Source: Patescibacteria group bacterium (lineage in GTDB: Bacteria; Patescibacteriota; Microgenomatia; UBA8517). From it: 64,000 nt of DNA. Each line of letters begins with the position of its first letter. Position 1 is the stretch's first letter. Location of the stretch: assembly GCA_041742135.1 (NCBI GenBank), contig JBGSJG010000001.1:3151-67150 (forward strand), read 5' to 3'. The translations under genes were made by a program, and so were the position numbers. Positions 27,658 through 36,812 of this stretch are shown piece after piece. The notes below the pieces were generated by a model. That model worked only from the letters and a program-made list of their open reading frames with translations, ran no database searches and was not told where the DNA came from.

Positions 27658-27985
27658 ACTCTGGAGGACTATAAGCCAGGTTCTGTACTCTCGCCTAAGG
27701 CGAGGCCGTAATCATCTGTCTAAGCCCTAACTTCGGAGCGGGATTCGATTCTTCGAATCGTCGAGAAAGCAATCTTCTGAAGCTTTCGCTTCACCGTTCC
27801 ATTCGTAGGTTGCAGCGGGGAGGATTGCCCGTTTCACCCTTCTGCCAGCTTTAGGCTGACACAAGACTCGTCTCTGTTGCTCTAACTAGCGGTTACCCGT
27901 TTCCGGTTTTAACCGGAACACCCTTGCTTTCTGCTGCCTGGACTTTCCTCTCGCCTAAGGCGAGCGATTACACATCCTCCAGAGT
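27658..27985 (-). ncRNA. rnpB: RNase P RNA
   Basis: CR-I GAGGAAAGTCCAGGC, ACAGAGA, GTGAAAC, CR-V ACAGAACCTGGCTTA, P1 ACTCTGGAGGA/TCCTCCAGAGT. Confidence 0.95.
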
Positions 27986-28033
27986 GAGTATATTTTATCA
28001 CGAAGTGTCCATATTTTTCACAAAATGGCTAAC

Positions 28034-29017
28034 TTACGAAGTTTTTTTGTACCAAAACTCATTTAGAAGAACCCGAACAATGATAACTATCGGAACTGAA
28101 AGTATTGCCCCTACGACTCCGGCCATGCGAAAGCCAACCACGATAGAAAGCAAAGTCACAACTGGACTGACGTGAGCGTTTTTCTGCATCACCTTTGGCA
28201 CAATTAAATAATTTTCAAGCTGCTGCACGAGAACATAGAGTGCGGCAACAGATAATCCGGTAAATGGTGAGATGCCCAAACCTACTAAGACTGCGGGGAC
28301 TGAAGCAAAAAATGGCCCAAGGTTTGGGATAACCTCAAGTATTCCAGCCAAAACAGCCAATGGAAGGGCGTACGGAACGCCAATTGCAGAAAGGCCAACG
28401 TAAGTAGTAATGCCGATAATAACCATTAAAATTACTTGAGCACGAGCCCAACCTCCAAGCTCTTTTTCCAATCTAGCAAGCAGGCCATCAAATCTCTCAG
28501 CCTGATCTTCAGAAGCTATGGTTCTCACTTGATCTTTAAATTTCTTTCGAGCCAGAAGAAAATAAAGAGCAAATATAAATACTGCCAATAGCGATACTAT
28601 GTTCGAAAACACCGAAACACCGATTCGGAGAATTTGAGAAGGCAGGCTAGAAAGCTGAGAAGTTAACTGTGTAGTAATTTGATCAACCACCTCGATGGGA
28701 ATATTGAGCTCTGCCATAATTCTAGGGATTGCGTTCGAAAACTTAGCAGTCTGGTCAACGAGTGCCGGTACAAGCGTTGCTACAGCAAAAATCAAAAATA
28801 CTACTAGGATCAAATAAACTATCAAAACCGAAGCAGCTCTGGGTATTTTATATTTTTCAAGTTTTGTGACAATTGGATTTAAAACCGCCATTATAAGAAG
28901 CGCCACAAAAAGTTGGAGGATTATATCCTTGATGTAATACAAAAAGGTAATGAAGAGAATAAACAAAACCGTAAAAACTATAGTTTTGTAGGAAATTTCA
29001 ATTTTGCGTGGCATCAC
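28034..29017 (-). CDS. AI-2E family transporter (PerM-like)
   Basis: Multiple TM helices; EVIPNLGP, QQLENYLIVPKVM, GAILSVP. Confidence 0.9.
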   Translation of the reverse strand: MMPRKIEISYKTIVFTVLFILFITFLYYIKDIILQLFVALLIMAVLNPIVTKLEKYKIPRAASVLIVYLILVVFLIFAVATLVPALVDQTAKFSNAIPRIMAELNIPIEVVDQITTQLTSQLSSLPSQILRIGVSVFSNIVSLLAVFIFALYFLLARKKFKDQVRTIASEDQAERFDGLLARLEKELGGWARAQVILMVIIGITTYVGLSAIGVPYALPLAVLAGILEVIPNLGPFFASVPAVLVGLGISPFTGLSVAALYVLVQQLENYLIVPKVMQKNAHVSPVVTLLSIVVGFRMAGVVGAILSVPIVIIVRVLLNEFWYKKTS

Positions 29018-29871
29018 TTATTATGCCATTTTTTGACCAGCTTTTCTATTCGTTGCTCAAAATTCGAGTTTGAAACGTCAAACCAATTAATTCGCGGTTC
29101 CTTTTTAAACCAAGTCATCTGGCGTTTGGCGTACTTAACTTCCTCAGTTTTCCATTTATCCAAGTCTGGCCAATCTTTATAGCCAATAGTTTTTGCGAGG
29201 GCATCTGTATAACCCTTTTTTATTAGTGACTGCACCTCCGCCTGCATCCCATTTCTGGCACGGTTTTCCACCCGATTCTCGATTCTCATTGCGAGCTCGT
29301 CTTTTGAGGCCATGAGGCCAAGCCATAAAACATCGTCAAATCTTGGTTTTCCAGTTTTATGTGGAAGAATATCCGTATTTAAAACTTCCAAGAGTCGAGT
29401 TAATCTTCGCGGGTTAGCTTTGTCTGAGGCGTTAAGCTTTGTGGCTTCTTTTGGAAATTTTTCCAAAAGCAAAGCATACAGCTCCCTTGCCGTTTTATTT
29501 AGAAGCTCTTTTCTAAGCTTCAGATTTCGAGGAATATGAATGCGATCCAAATCGTCGACTATGGCTTTTATATAAAAGCCAGTTCCACCAACTAAAATCG
29601 GCAGTTTACCGCGCTTGTAAATATTGTTTATCTTCTTTTCGGCAAATTTCACAAACTCTGAAACACTAAATTCCCCGTCAGGGTTAACCAAATCATAGCC
29701 CCAAATTTTGATTCCCTCTGGCCAGTCTTTACCCGTGCCTATATCCATAAATTTATAAACTTGGCGGGAGTCAGCGGAGACCAGCTCACCATTAAATTTC
29801 TTGGCAAGCCTAGCCGCCAGTGCCGTTTTCCCCGTTGCTGTAGGACCACAAATAATAAGTAATTTATGCAT
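29014..29871 (-). CDS. miaA: tRNA dimethylallyltransferase
   Basis: GPTATGKT, SADSRQVY, VGGTGFY, YAKRQMTWF. Confidence 0.95.
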   Translation of the reverse strand: MHKLLIICGPTATGKTALAARLAKKFNGELVSADSRQVYKFMDIGTGKDWPEGIKIWGYDLVNPDGEFSVSEFVKFAEKKINNIYKRGKLPILVGGTGFYIKAIVDDLDRIHIPRNLKLRKELLNKTARELYALLLEKFPKEATKLNASDKANPRRLTRLLEVLNTDILPHKTGKPRFDDVLWLGLMASKDELAMRIENRVENRARNGMQAEVQSLIKKGYTDALAKTIGYKDWPDLDKWKTEEVKYAKRQMTWFKKEPRINWFDVSNSNFEQRIEKLVKKWHNK

Positions 29872-29904
29872 GAGCCAATTATACCTTCATGGTATAATTT
29901 AGGC

Positions 29905-30582
29905 ATGGAATCAGTTAAGGGTAGAGCACTCCACGCTCAGGCAATAGACGAATTGGAACATGGGCAAAATTTCCAAGAAGCTCTCAGATTGGCTAGCGAG
30001 GCCTTGGCCGCATACGAAGCAGACAGCGATTCGCTTGGGGCTTCCGAACTTTTAAGCGCGAGATCGAACATCTATAACCACATGGGCAATAAAGATGCAG
30101 CGCTTGAAGACGCTAAATCTGCGGTGGCCAAAGCCGAAAACTCTGGCATTGCCGAAGCTCAAGCCATGCCACTTTTTGATCTTGGGAAAAGGTATACCGA
30201 GAAAGAAGAATATGTTGATGCCACAGATACACTCAAAAGGGCTTTTGGTTTACCACTTCCAGAGCGCCACAACAGAACTGCCGTAAAATCCGACATGAAG
30301 GCTCATTTGGCATTCGCCCAATATATGACCGGAGACAAATCAGCCTTGGGGTTAATGGACGAGGCAATCACCGAGCTTACCGACAATGTTGGTGAGGATA
30401 AATATAACCGTGATGTTTGGCTGTCAGGAGCCCATATGCGAGCTGCAACAATGCTTTACACAGATGAGCCGAACACAGCAAAAACACACCTAGATAAAGC
30501 CAAAGAAATCGTTGAAGCAAACCCAGAATTAGTACTTCGTGCTAAACAATTAGAAGAGCTTACCTCGAAACTTGCTTTTTAA
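29905..30582 (+). CDS. TPR-like helical repeat protein
   Basis: Ala/Leu-rich helical repeats; ATG lies 6 nt after TATAAT. Confidence 0.7.
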   Translation: MESVKGRALHAQAIDELEHGQNFQEALRLASEALAAYEADSDSLGASELLSARSNIYNHMGNKDAALEDAKSAVAKAENSGIAEAQAMPLFDLGKRYTEKEEYVDATDTLKRAFGLPLPERHNRTAVKSDMKAHLAFAQYMTGDKSALGLMDEAITELTDNVGEDKYNRDVWLSGAHMRAATMLYTDEPNTAKTHLDKAKEIVEANPELVLRAKQLEELTSKLAF

Positions 30583-30835
30583 ACTTTTTCCCTGGAGTAA
30601 AGCGTGGGAGTCTGTGTGATTTGATTGTTACGAATTTTTCGGTATTGGGGATTTTAACGGTTTTGCCTTTCATTGTTACTACTCTGAAAGTTCCAAAACC
30701 TGAGATAACTACTTTTTCGCCTTTGGATAAAACTCGACCAATTTCGTTGAGGAATGTATCTACCGCTTCAGTTGCGCCTCTTTTAGTTAAGTGAGCCTTT
30801 CGGGCAACTTGATCGATTAGTTGTCGTTTGGTCAT
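30560..30835 (-). CDS. hup: HU family DNA-binding protein
   Basis: MTKRQLID, KVVISGFGTF, PRFTPGK. Confidence 0.92.
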   Translation of the reverse strand: MTKRQLIDQVARKAHLTKRGATEAVDTFLNEIGRVLSKGEKVVISGFGTFRVVTMKGKTVKIPNTEKFVTIKSHRLPRFTPGKKFKKQVSR

Positions 30836-30876
30836 TTGAATGAAGAATACGGCAATAACGAATAAATGTCAATACA

Positions 30877-31128
30877 TCAGCAAGCTGAATCCTTATCTCG
30901 GCTCGCGTTTTCCATACGACGAAGACTTCTTGAGAGTTCTAACTGGTTTAACCCTGAGCCAACGAAAACCGCACCAAAAAAACCCGCGGCGATAATACTA
31001 GCGGGGTCACCTCTTTGATAAATTGCATTGGAAGCGCTAAGAACAGTCCCCGCAAGACTGGCCTTAGTGAGAAAACGTACACAACCTCGTTCGCTATTAA
31101 GTTGGTCAACACGCGACATCTCCTTCAT
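30877..31128 (-). CDS. small hypothetical membrane protein
   Basis: 83-aa ORF filling the rny-hup gap, with hydrophobic segments. Confidence 0.5.
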   Translation of the reverse strand: MKEMSRVDQLNSERGCVRFLTKASLAGTVLSASNAIYQRGDPASIIAAGFFGAVFVGSGLNQLELSRSLRRMENASRDKDSAC

Positions 31129-31133
31129 GGATT

Positions 31134-32312
31134 TTATTTTGCAGAAGTAGTGTCCGAAGCACGAGTTTCGCGGATCACAGTCACTTTAATTTGCCCTGCA
31201 TACTCTGCCTCTTTTTCAAGGCGTACTGCAATGTCGTGAGCTAAAACAGTGAGCTTGTCGTCACTTACTTCGTCAGGATTTACAACCACTCGAACGTCTC
31301 TGCCTGCTTGAAAAGCCAAGGCTTCGCGAACACCCTCAAAACTCCCAGAAATTTCCTCAATTTTTTCCATTCTCTGAATATAGTTTTCGTGAGGCTCATA
31401 GCGGGCTCCCGGACGGCTTCCTGATATCGCATCAGCTGTCCAAACTATCACAGATTCCAGCGAGCTAAAGGGTTTATCTTCGTGGTGCTCTGCGATAATC
31501 GCTACCACTTTTTTTGGAAGCCCAAAACGCTTGGCAATCTCCACTCCTTTTTGAATATGCGTTCCTTCATCGTCCGTAGCAACTTTGCCAATGTCATGCA
31601 TCAAGCCTCCAAGGCGAACCGCTTCTTCGTCCGCTCCAAGTTCTCGAGCAATTGCCATGCCAATTTTGGTTTCTTCAATTGTGTGGAGTCCCAAGTTTTG
31701 GCCATAACTAGTTCTAAACTTGAATCTCCCAAGCATGCTAAGAAGCTCGGTTGGCAAGTTATACTCGCCCACTTCTTCTGCGATCTTTTTGCCCTCCTCC
31801 AAAAGCACTCCGTCCATGTCGCTTGCTACCTGTGCTACTACTTCTTCAATACGCGAAGGCTGAATACGCTTATCCCGAAGCAAAATTTCCAATGCTCGGC
31901 GAGCAATTTCGCGGCGAACGGAATCAAAAGAAGAAAGCCTTATTTCGTTTGTTTCGTCGAGTTCAATTTCCACTCCAGCAGCACGCTCAAAAGCACGGAT
32001 GTTTCGACCTTCACGGCCAATAATTCTGCCCTTTGCTTCTTCATTTTCGACTCTTACAGTAGATATTGTGTATTCAGCAACATACCCGGTAGCCCCATGC
32101 TTCATCGCGTCGATTAATATTTCGCGAGCTTTTTCTGCGGACTCGAGTTTAATACGCTCTTCTGCGTTTCTGATACGTGTTGCAATTTCGGCGGTCAAGT
32201 CCTTTTGAAGCTCATCCATAAACTCGCGCTTCGCGTCTTCACGAGTAAGCCCAGAGGCCTTCTCAAGCTTCACTAATAACTCTTCACGGATATCATCAAT
32301 TGTTTTTGCCAT
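31134..32312 (-). CDS. rny: ribonuclease Y lacking the N-terminal membrane anchor
   Basis: KH motif KGRIIGREGRNIRAFE, RTSYGQN, HD motif HDIGK, ADAISGSRPGAR. Confidence 0.93.
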   Translation of the reverse strand: MAKTIDDIREELLVKLEKASGLTREDAKREFMDELQKDLTAEIATRIRNAEERIKLESAEKAREILIDAMKHGATGYVAEYTISTVRVENEEAKGRIIGREGRNIRAFERAAGVEIELDETNEIRLSSFDSVRREIARRALEILLRDKRIQPSRIEEVVAQVASDMDGVLLEEGKKIAEEVGEYNLPTELLSMLGRFKFRTSYGQNLGLHTIEETKIGMAIARELGADEEAVRLGGLMHDIGKVATDDEGTHIQKGVEIAKRFGLPKKVVAIIAEHHEDKPFSSLESVIVWTADAISGSRPGARYEPHENYIQRMEKIEEISGSFEGVREALAFQAGRDVRVVVNPDEVSDDKLTVLAHDIAVRLEKEAEYAGQIKVTVIRETRASDTTSAK

Positions 32313-32374
32313 AAGTCACGAAGAACAAGAATCGCTATTCGGATTTACTTAATAAAAAGCAGTAATACGCCCCT

Positions 32375-32980
32375 TTAAACATTCTCATTCTCCTGTTCAT
32401 ATTGTAGCACATTCTTGATCGTTTCAAAACCAAAACCCTTCCGGGCCAAATAGGCAAAAGCTTTCTGGGAGTCACTAAATTTTCTTTTTGCGAGAAGTTT
32501 TCGGATACTCTTTTCTTCATCGATATCGCTTTCTGCTATGACTTCATCGACAACTGCGCGATCAATTCCCTTTTGTCTTAATTCAAACTTGAGTTCCTTC
32601 TTTGATTTTTGCTTAAACTCAAGCCGTTGGCCGACCCACCAACGGGCGAATTTAAGATCATCTAGTAATTCTAAGTGCTTTAGTTTGTCAAACAGCTTTT
32701 CGTAAATAGTTGGTGGCACTTTTTTGCGCTTCAGCCAATTAAAGTATTCTTTTTGAGACCTTGGGCGGGCAGTTGCAAAGTTAAGGATTCTGTTATAAGT
32801 TTTGTCAAATTCAGAAGCGTGGATTATTTTATCAATCTCCTCTTTGGTAAATTCTTTTTCAATTTTGATGCCGTACTTAACTAAATTATCCAAGTCAATT
32901 CCAAAGCTGAATTCGCCGTCCAAATATACATTTACATATTTATTATTTTTCTGAGGTTTAAGTAAGGTAACTCTTGGCAT
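32375..32980 (-). CDS. recX: regulatory protein RecX
   Basis: RPRSQKE, LLDDLKFA, ELRQKGI, YLARKGF; located near recA. Confidence 0.9.
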   Translation of the reverse strand: MPRVTLLKPQKNNKYVNVYLDGEFSFGIDLDNLVKYGIKIEKEFTKEEIDKIIHASEFDKTYNRILNFATARPRSQKEYFNWLKRKKVPPTIYEKLFDKLKHLELLDDLKFARWWVGQRLEFKQKSKKELKFELRQKGIDRAVVDEVIAESDIDEEKSIRKLLAKRKFSDSQKAFAYLARKGFGFETIKNVLQYEQENENV

Positions 32981-33039
32981 TACCTATTCTAACATTCGAA
33001 TTGACAGTCGCTTTAGATTGCTGTAGTTTTTGGATATAA

Positions 33040-33462
33040 ATGTCGCCAATAGAAAATATTGAAATTGGAAACCCTCGAGGTTTTACGCTTTCAAGACCCA
33101 CTGAAAAAGAACCTTCAATTACTACCGAGCGGGAAGCTCGAGCACGAGAAATCCTTGATTTATTAAGCGCAGATTTAAAACAAAGAAATGTCGATAGACA
33201 CGAGCCAAGACAACCTGAAGATCCGATAGCTGTCGTCACAATAACAGTTGTGAAAGCCCCCGGACGGAGCGCTCCAGCATTTAACGAAGCACAATCTTAT
33301 GTTGAAAGTATCCGCGGAGATGTAAGAACTGTGATTAGGCTAGACGATTTACGTGACAACTCCCCTTGGTCAGATAAACAAATCTCTTTCAGAAGCAGGA
33401 AAGACCCTGAGGATAAAAACAAAGCTTACGTTTTGATTACAGCCTACGAGCGGGATAAATAA
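33040..33462 (+). CDS. orphan hypothetical protein between recA and recX
   Basis: 140-aa ORF with TTGACA-17-TAGTTT upstream. Confidence 0.65.
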   Translation: MSPIENIEIGNPRGFTLSRPTEKEPSITTEREARAREILDLLSADLKQRNVDRHEPRQPEDPIAVVTITVVKAPGRSAPAFNEAQSYVESIRGDVRTVIRLDDLRDNSPWSDKQISFRSRKDPEDKNKAYVLITAYERDK

Positions 33463-33465
33463 AAA

Positions 33466-34554
33466 TTATTCTTCTTCACTCTCTTCCCCCAACTCCTTGG
33501 GAACCTCTTTACCTGAAGATAACGCTTTGCGAATTTCATCTTCAATTTCGTGAGCTAATTTGGGGTTTTCGCGTAAATAAATCTTGGCGGCTTCACGGCC
33601 TTGCGCAATTGTTTTATCTTTGTAACTAAAGAACGCGCCCTTCTTTTGTAAAATATCCATTTCACTAGCAACATCAATAATTCCGCCGACTTTACTTATG
33701 CCTTCATCGTTCATAATGTCAAACTCGGCAACACGAAGAGGTGGTGCTACTTTGTTTTTCACGATGCGTGCACGGTGGCGACTACCGATAACATTATCGC
33801 CATCTTTAAGTGTTTCGATGCGGCGAATATCAATTCGAACAGATGTGTAAAACTTAAGAGCCAAGCCGCCGGGGGTTGTCTCGGGGTTACCAAACATGAC
33901 TCCAATTTTCTGGCGGATTTGATTGGTAAAAATAAGAATAGTTTTTGATTTGGAAATTGCACCCGTGAGCTTTCGCAAAGCCTGGCTCATAAGGCGCGCC
34001 TGCATTCCCATAACCGCGTCGCCCATCTCGCCTTCCAGCTCGGCTCTCGGAACCAAAGCCGCAACTGAGTCGACCACTATCACGTCTAAAGCTCCAGAGC
34101 GGATCAAGGTCTCCGTAATTTCCAAAGCCTGCTCTCCACTATCTGGCTGGGAAAGCAAAAGGTCATCCAAATTAACGCCAATTGCTTCCGCACGTGTTGG
34201 GTCAAGAGCGTGCTCAGCATCAACAAACGCACACTGGCCACCTTTCTTTTGTGCTTCTGCGATTACATGAAGCGCTAAAGTGGTTTTACCAGAAGCTTCA
34301 GGACCGTAAATTTCAATGATTCGGCCACGAGGAAGCCCACCAACTCCAAGTGCCAAATCAAGCGCGATTGAGCCTGTGGGGATAGTATCGATGTGGCGAT
34401 CTGCGGCGGACTTTTCTCCAAGGCGCATTATGGATCCCGCACCATACTGCTTTTCAATCTGCTCCATAGCTAGTTTAATAGCCTGAAGTCGCGGGGATCC
34501 TGAATCCTCCTGGGTTACTACTTCCAAAGTTACGTCTTTTTTATGTCTTGCCAT
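33466..34554 (-). CDS. recA: recombinase RecA
   Basis: [32 protein letters not shown]. Confidence 0.98.
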   Translation of the reverse strand: MARHKKDVTLEVVTQEDSGSPRLQAIKLAMEQIEKQYGAGSIMRLGEKSAADRHIDTIPTGSIALDLALGVGGLPRGRIIEIYGPEASGKTTLALHVIAEAQKKGGQCAFVDAEHALDPTRAEAIGVNLDDLLLSQPDSGEQALEITETLIRSGALDVIVVDSVAALVPRAELEGEMGDAVMGMQARLMSQALRKLTGAISKSKTILIFTNQIRQKIGVMFGNPETTPGGLALKFYTSVRIDIRRIETLKDGDNVIGSRHRARIVKNKVAPPLRVAEFDIMNDEGISKVGGIIDVASEMDILQKKGAFFSYKDKTIAQGREAAKIYLRENPKLAHEIEDEIRKALSSGKEVPKELGEESEEE

Positions 34555-34595
34555 CTCTAAAAAAAGTTATAACACCGATAGTATACAATTACAAG

Positions 34596-35090
34596 ATGGT
34601 GAAATATGATTTTTGCCCCAAATGCGGAAAGTCTGTCGACCAAAAAGACGGTGTCGTAAAATGCCCAAATTGCCATCACGCAATTTATCTTCATTCGGCA
34701 ATCACAGGTTCTGTGTTTGTAATTAATGACAAAAAAGTAATGCTGTCTAAAAGAAAATTTGATCCATACAAAGGAGCATGGGATGTGCCGGGAGGGTTTC
34801 TCAAATTTGGCGAGGACCCAGAGGTGGGTGCAATGCGCGAACTTTATGAAGAAACAGGGGTCGATGTAAAAATTACTAAACTTCTTGGAGTTTACATGGA
34901 CAAATATCCATTTCAAGACGAAGTTATTCCAACTTTAAACTGCATCTTCATTGGCACGATTGGAAACCAAACACCCGAGCCTGCGGATGATGTAGAAGAA
35001 ATCAAATGGTTTGATTTAGATAAGCCACTTCCCAAAATCCCATTCCCTGCAATTTCTAAGGCCTTGGAGGACCTTGCTAGAATTAAATAA
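34596..35090 (+). CDS. NUDIX hydrolase with N-terminal zinc ribbon
   Basis: CPKCG...CPNC, PGGFLKFGEDPEVGAMRELYEETG; start ATG lies 6 nt after TACAAT. Confidence 0.9.
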   Translation: MVKYDFCPKCGKSVDQKDGVVKCPNCHHAIYLHSAITGSVFVINDKKVMLSKRKFDPYKGAWDVPGGFLKFGEDPEVGAMRELYEETGVDVKITKLLGVYMDKYPFQDEVIPTLNCIFIGTIGNQTPEPADDVEEIKWFDLDKPLPKIPFPAISKALEDLARIK

Positions 35091-35126
35091 TCGACATCAT
35101 TGACCGTCGGGCAGTATACTTAGGTT

Positions 35127-35960
35127 GTGAAACAGTACAGATCTGTAAATTTCGTTTTGATTGCTTTATTAGTAATTGCTACAGGGTTTTATGTATATTT
35201 GTTAAGCAATTCCTCAGTTAAAAACTCTTCGGAAACAACATTGACACAAGATCCAGAATCGGCTGAAAATCGACTAGCCACAATTCCTCCATCAGCAGAC
35301 CCTATATTTCAACAAGTTAAAGAATTTATTGACGAGAAAACGCAACCTGATAACGTCTTGATAACTAAAAAATCGTATGTTTGGTGGCTAGACTCTGACG
35401 GATACAACATAATTAACAACAGAGATTTGGGCATAGAATCTCAGTTTAATTGCATGAATTATCCAGCCAGCCGCTTTGATTCTAGTTTGATAAGTTTGTC
35501 CGCATTGTTCCCAACATTTATGCAACAACAAGGATTTACCAAAAACAATCGCAATTCTTCAGCGTCATTAACTGATGATCAGTTTTACGATTATGTTCAA
35601 GCTTACGAAAAGGATGGAGTAAAGTGTATTCTGACCGCAAACCCAGACTGTTCTGGAATCACTGATGATAATATGTGGCAAACAATATCTTTCTCTTGCA
35701 CGTCCAATTATGATGAAAATCATGCGATACAGGTCCCAATTTTAAAGGATTTGGATATCAAGGATGCTGTTGTTTCAATCTCAAAGCAGGCTGGTAACTT
35801 TGCTAAGATTCAGGTTCACTACCGAAGAACTGGACATTACATGATTGCGGTGAAAGAAAACGGAATCTGGAAGGAGCTTTACCGCGGCCAAGACACTCCA
35901 AGTTGTTCGCTTATGAATCAGTACAAAGTTCCAAAAGAGGTCTACGAAAGTTGTTTCTAA
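35127..35960 (+). CDS. exported Cys-containing hypothetical protein
   Basis: N-terminal TM/signal, six Cys, GTG start 6 nt after TATACT. Confidence 0.75.
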   Translation: MKQYRSVNFVLIALLVIATGFYVYLLSNSSVKNSSETTLTQDPESAENRLATIPPSADPIFQQVKEFIDEKTQPDNVLITKKSYVWWLDSDGYNIINNRDLGIESQFNCMNYPASRFDSSLISLSALFPTFMQQQGFTKNNRNSSASLTDDQFYDYVQAYEKDGVKCILTANPDCSGITDDNMWQTISFSCTSNYDENHAIQVPILKDLDIKDAVVSISKQAGNFAKIQVHYRRTGHYMIAVKENGIWKELYRGQDTPSCSLMNQYKVPKEVYESCF

Positions 35961-35967
35961 GACTTTT

Positions 35968-36049
35968 TGTCAGGGTAAGCAAAGCTTGGCCCACTACATT
36001 TCGTGTCGGGGTAAGCAAAGCTTGGCCCACTACACTTCGTGTCGGGGTA
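35968..36049. repeat. 36-bp tandem repeat linked to the tRNA-Pro 3' end
   Basis: tgtc(a/g)gggtaagcaaagcttggcccactaca(t/c)ttcg occurs twice, followed by tgtcggggta, which is the tRNA 3' end. Confidence 0.92.
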
Positions 36050-36112
36050 GGAGGAATTGAACCTCCGCCGCACGGCCCCCAGCCGCGCATTCTGCCGTTA
36101 AACTATACCCCG
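36042..36112 (-). tRNA. tRNA-Pro(GGG), CCA not encoded
   Basis: Reverse complement CGGGGTATAGTTTAACGGCAGAATGCGCGGCTGGGGGCCGTGCGGCGGAGGTTCAATTCCTCCTACCCCGA. Confidence 0.95.
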
Positions 36113-36119
36113 AATGAAG

Positions 36120-36758
36120 CTATTTTAGCACGTCTGAGGTTATTATTCGCTCTTCTCCCTTTACAAGAACTTTTCCGTTCTCAACTATTATTTCTTCACC
36201 ATTTTTGACTAAATATAATTTTTTACCCTTATAAATTTTTTTAATATCTTCAATTTGGCCGTCTTCATAGTGTGGCCAGAAGTTAAAGTCAACCAAACCA
36301 AGGCCGGGGATCACTCCTGCTCCCCATTCTTCTTCACCTATATAATGCTCAACAAAGCTAAGGTCTGAAGCTGTCACCATACTACCCGCACTTGAGCCAA
36401 CATAAATTGACCGCTCAAGAAGTCTCGAGAAATGTTTATCCAGTTTGCATCTGCGGATCCAGTACATTAAATATCCACATGCACCTCCGGCCATCCAGAT
36501 AATATCTATATTTTCAAGCTTCGCAATAGCCGACTCGTCTTTGTAATCTTCAAGTTGTACAGGACTAACGTTAGCGCCTAATTCTTGAACCAATTTAAAA
36601 GTGGTGCTGTTTTCCTTCCAATCCCCAAAAGGTTCTTCGCCATTGGCTGCAGTTGGAATATAGGCGATAGCCTTGCCTTCAAATCCGCCAACATACTCCC
36701 GAAGCTTCTCGATACTCGCAGGGTTTTTGGCTTCAGAGGCAAGAAAAAGTTTCATCAT
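36120..36758 (-). CDS. peptidase S51 (dipeptidase E-like)
   Basis: AYIPTAA, WMAGG, YVGSSAGS, FWPHY. Confidence 0.9.
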   Translation of the reverse strand: MMKLFLASEAKNPASIEKLREYVGGFEGKAIAYIPTAANGEEPFGDWKENSTTFKLVQELGANVSPVQLEDYKDESAIAKLENIDIIWMAGGACGYLMYWIRRCKLDKHFSRLLERSIYVGSSAGSMVTASDLSFVEHYIGEEEWGAGVIPGLGLVDFNFWPHYEDGQIEDIKKIYKGKKLYLVKNGEEIIVENGKVLVKGEERIITSDVLK

Positions 36759-36812
36759 TTGTAATATAACACACTTAGCACTTAGCACTGGAGGTGTAAT
36801 ATTGGCTTATTC

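Noticed and set aside
27924-28175. 83-aa plus-strand ORF
   Set aside because: It overlaps rnpB and the AI-2E gene on the opposite strand, so it is a shadow ORF.
31482-32117. 211-aa antisense ORF in rny, and similar antisense ORFs in tuf, recA and rplF
   Set aside because: They are shadow frames of conserved genes with no motifs or expression signals.
35968-36049. 36-bp repeats as a CRISPR array
   Set aside because: The units are directly adjacent with no unique spacers, no cas genes are nearby, and the repeat derives from the tRNA 3' end.
35903-36208. 101-aa ORF with a repeated VSKAWPTT peptide
   Set aside because: It is an antisense reading of the tandem repeat and tRNA-Pro.
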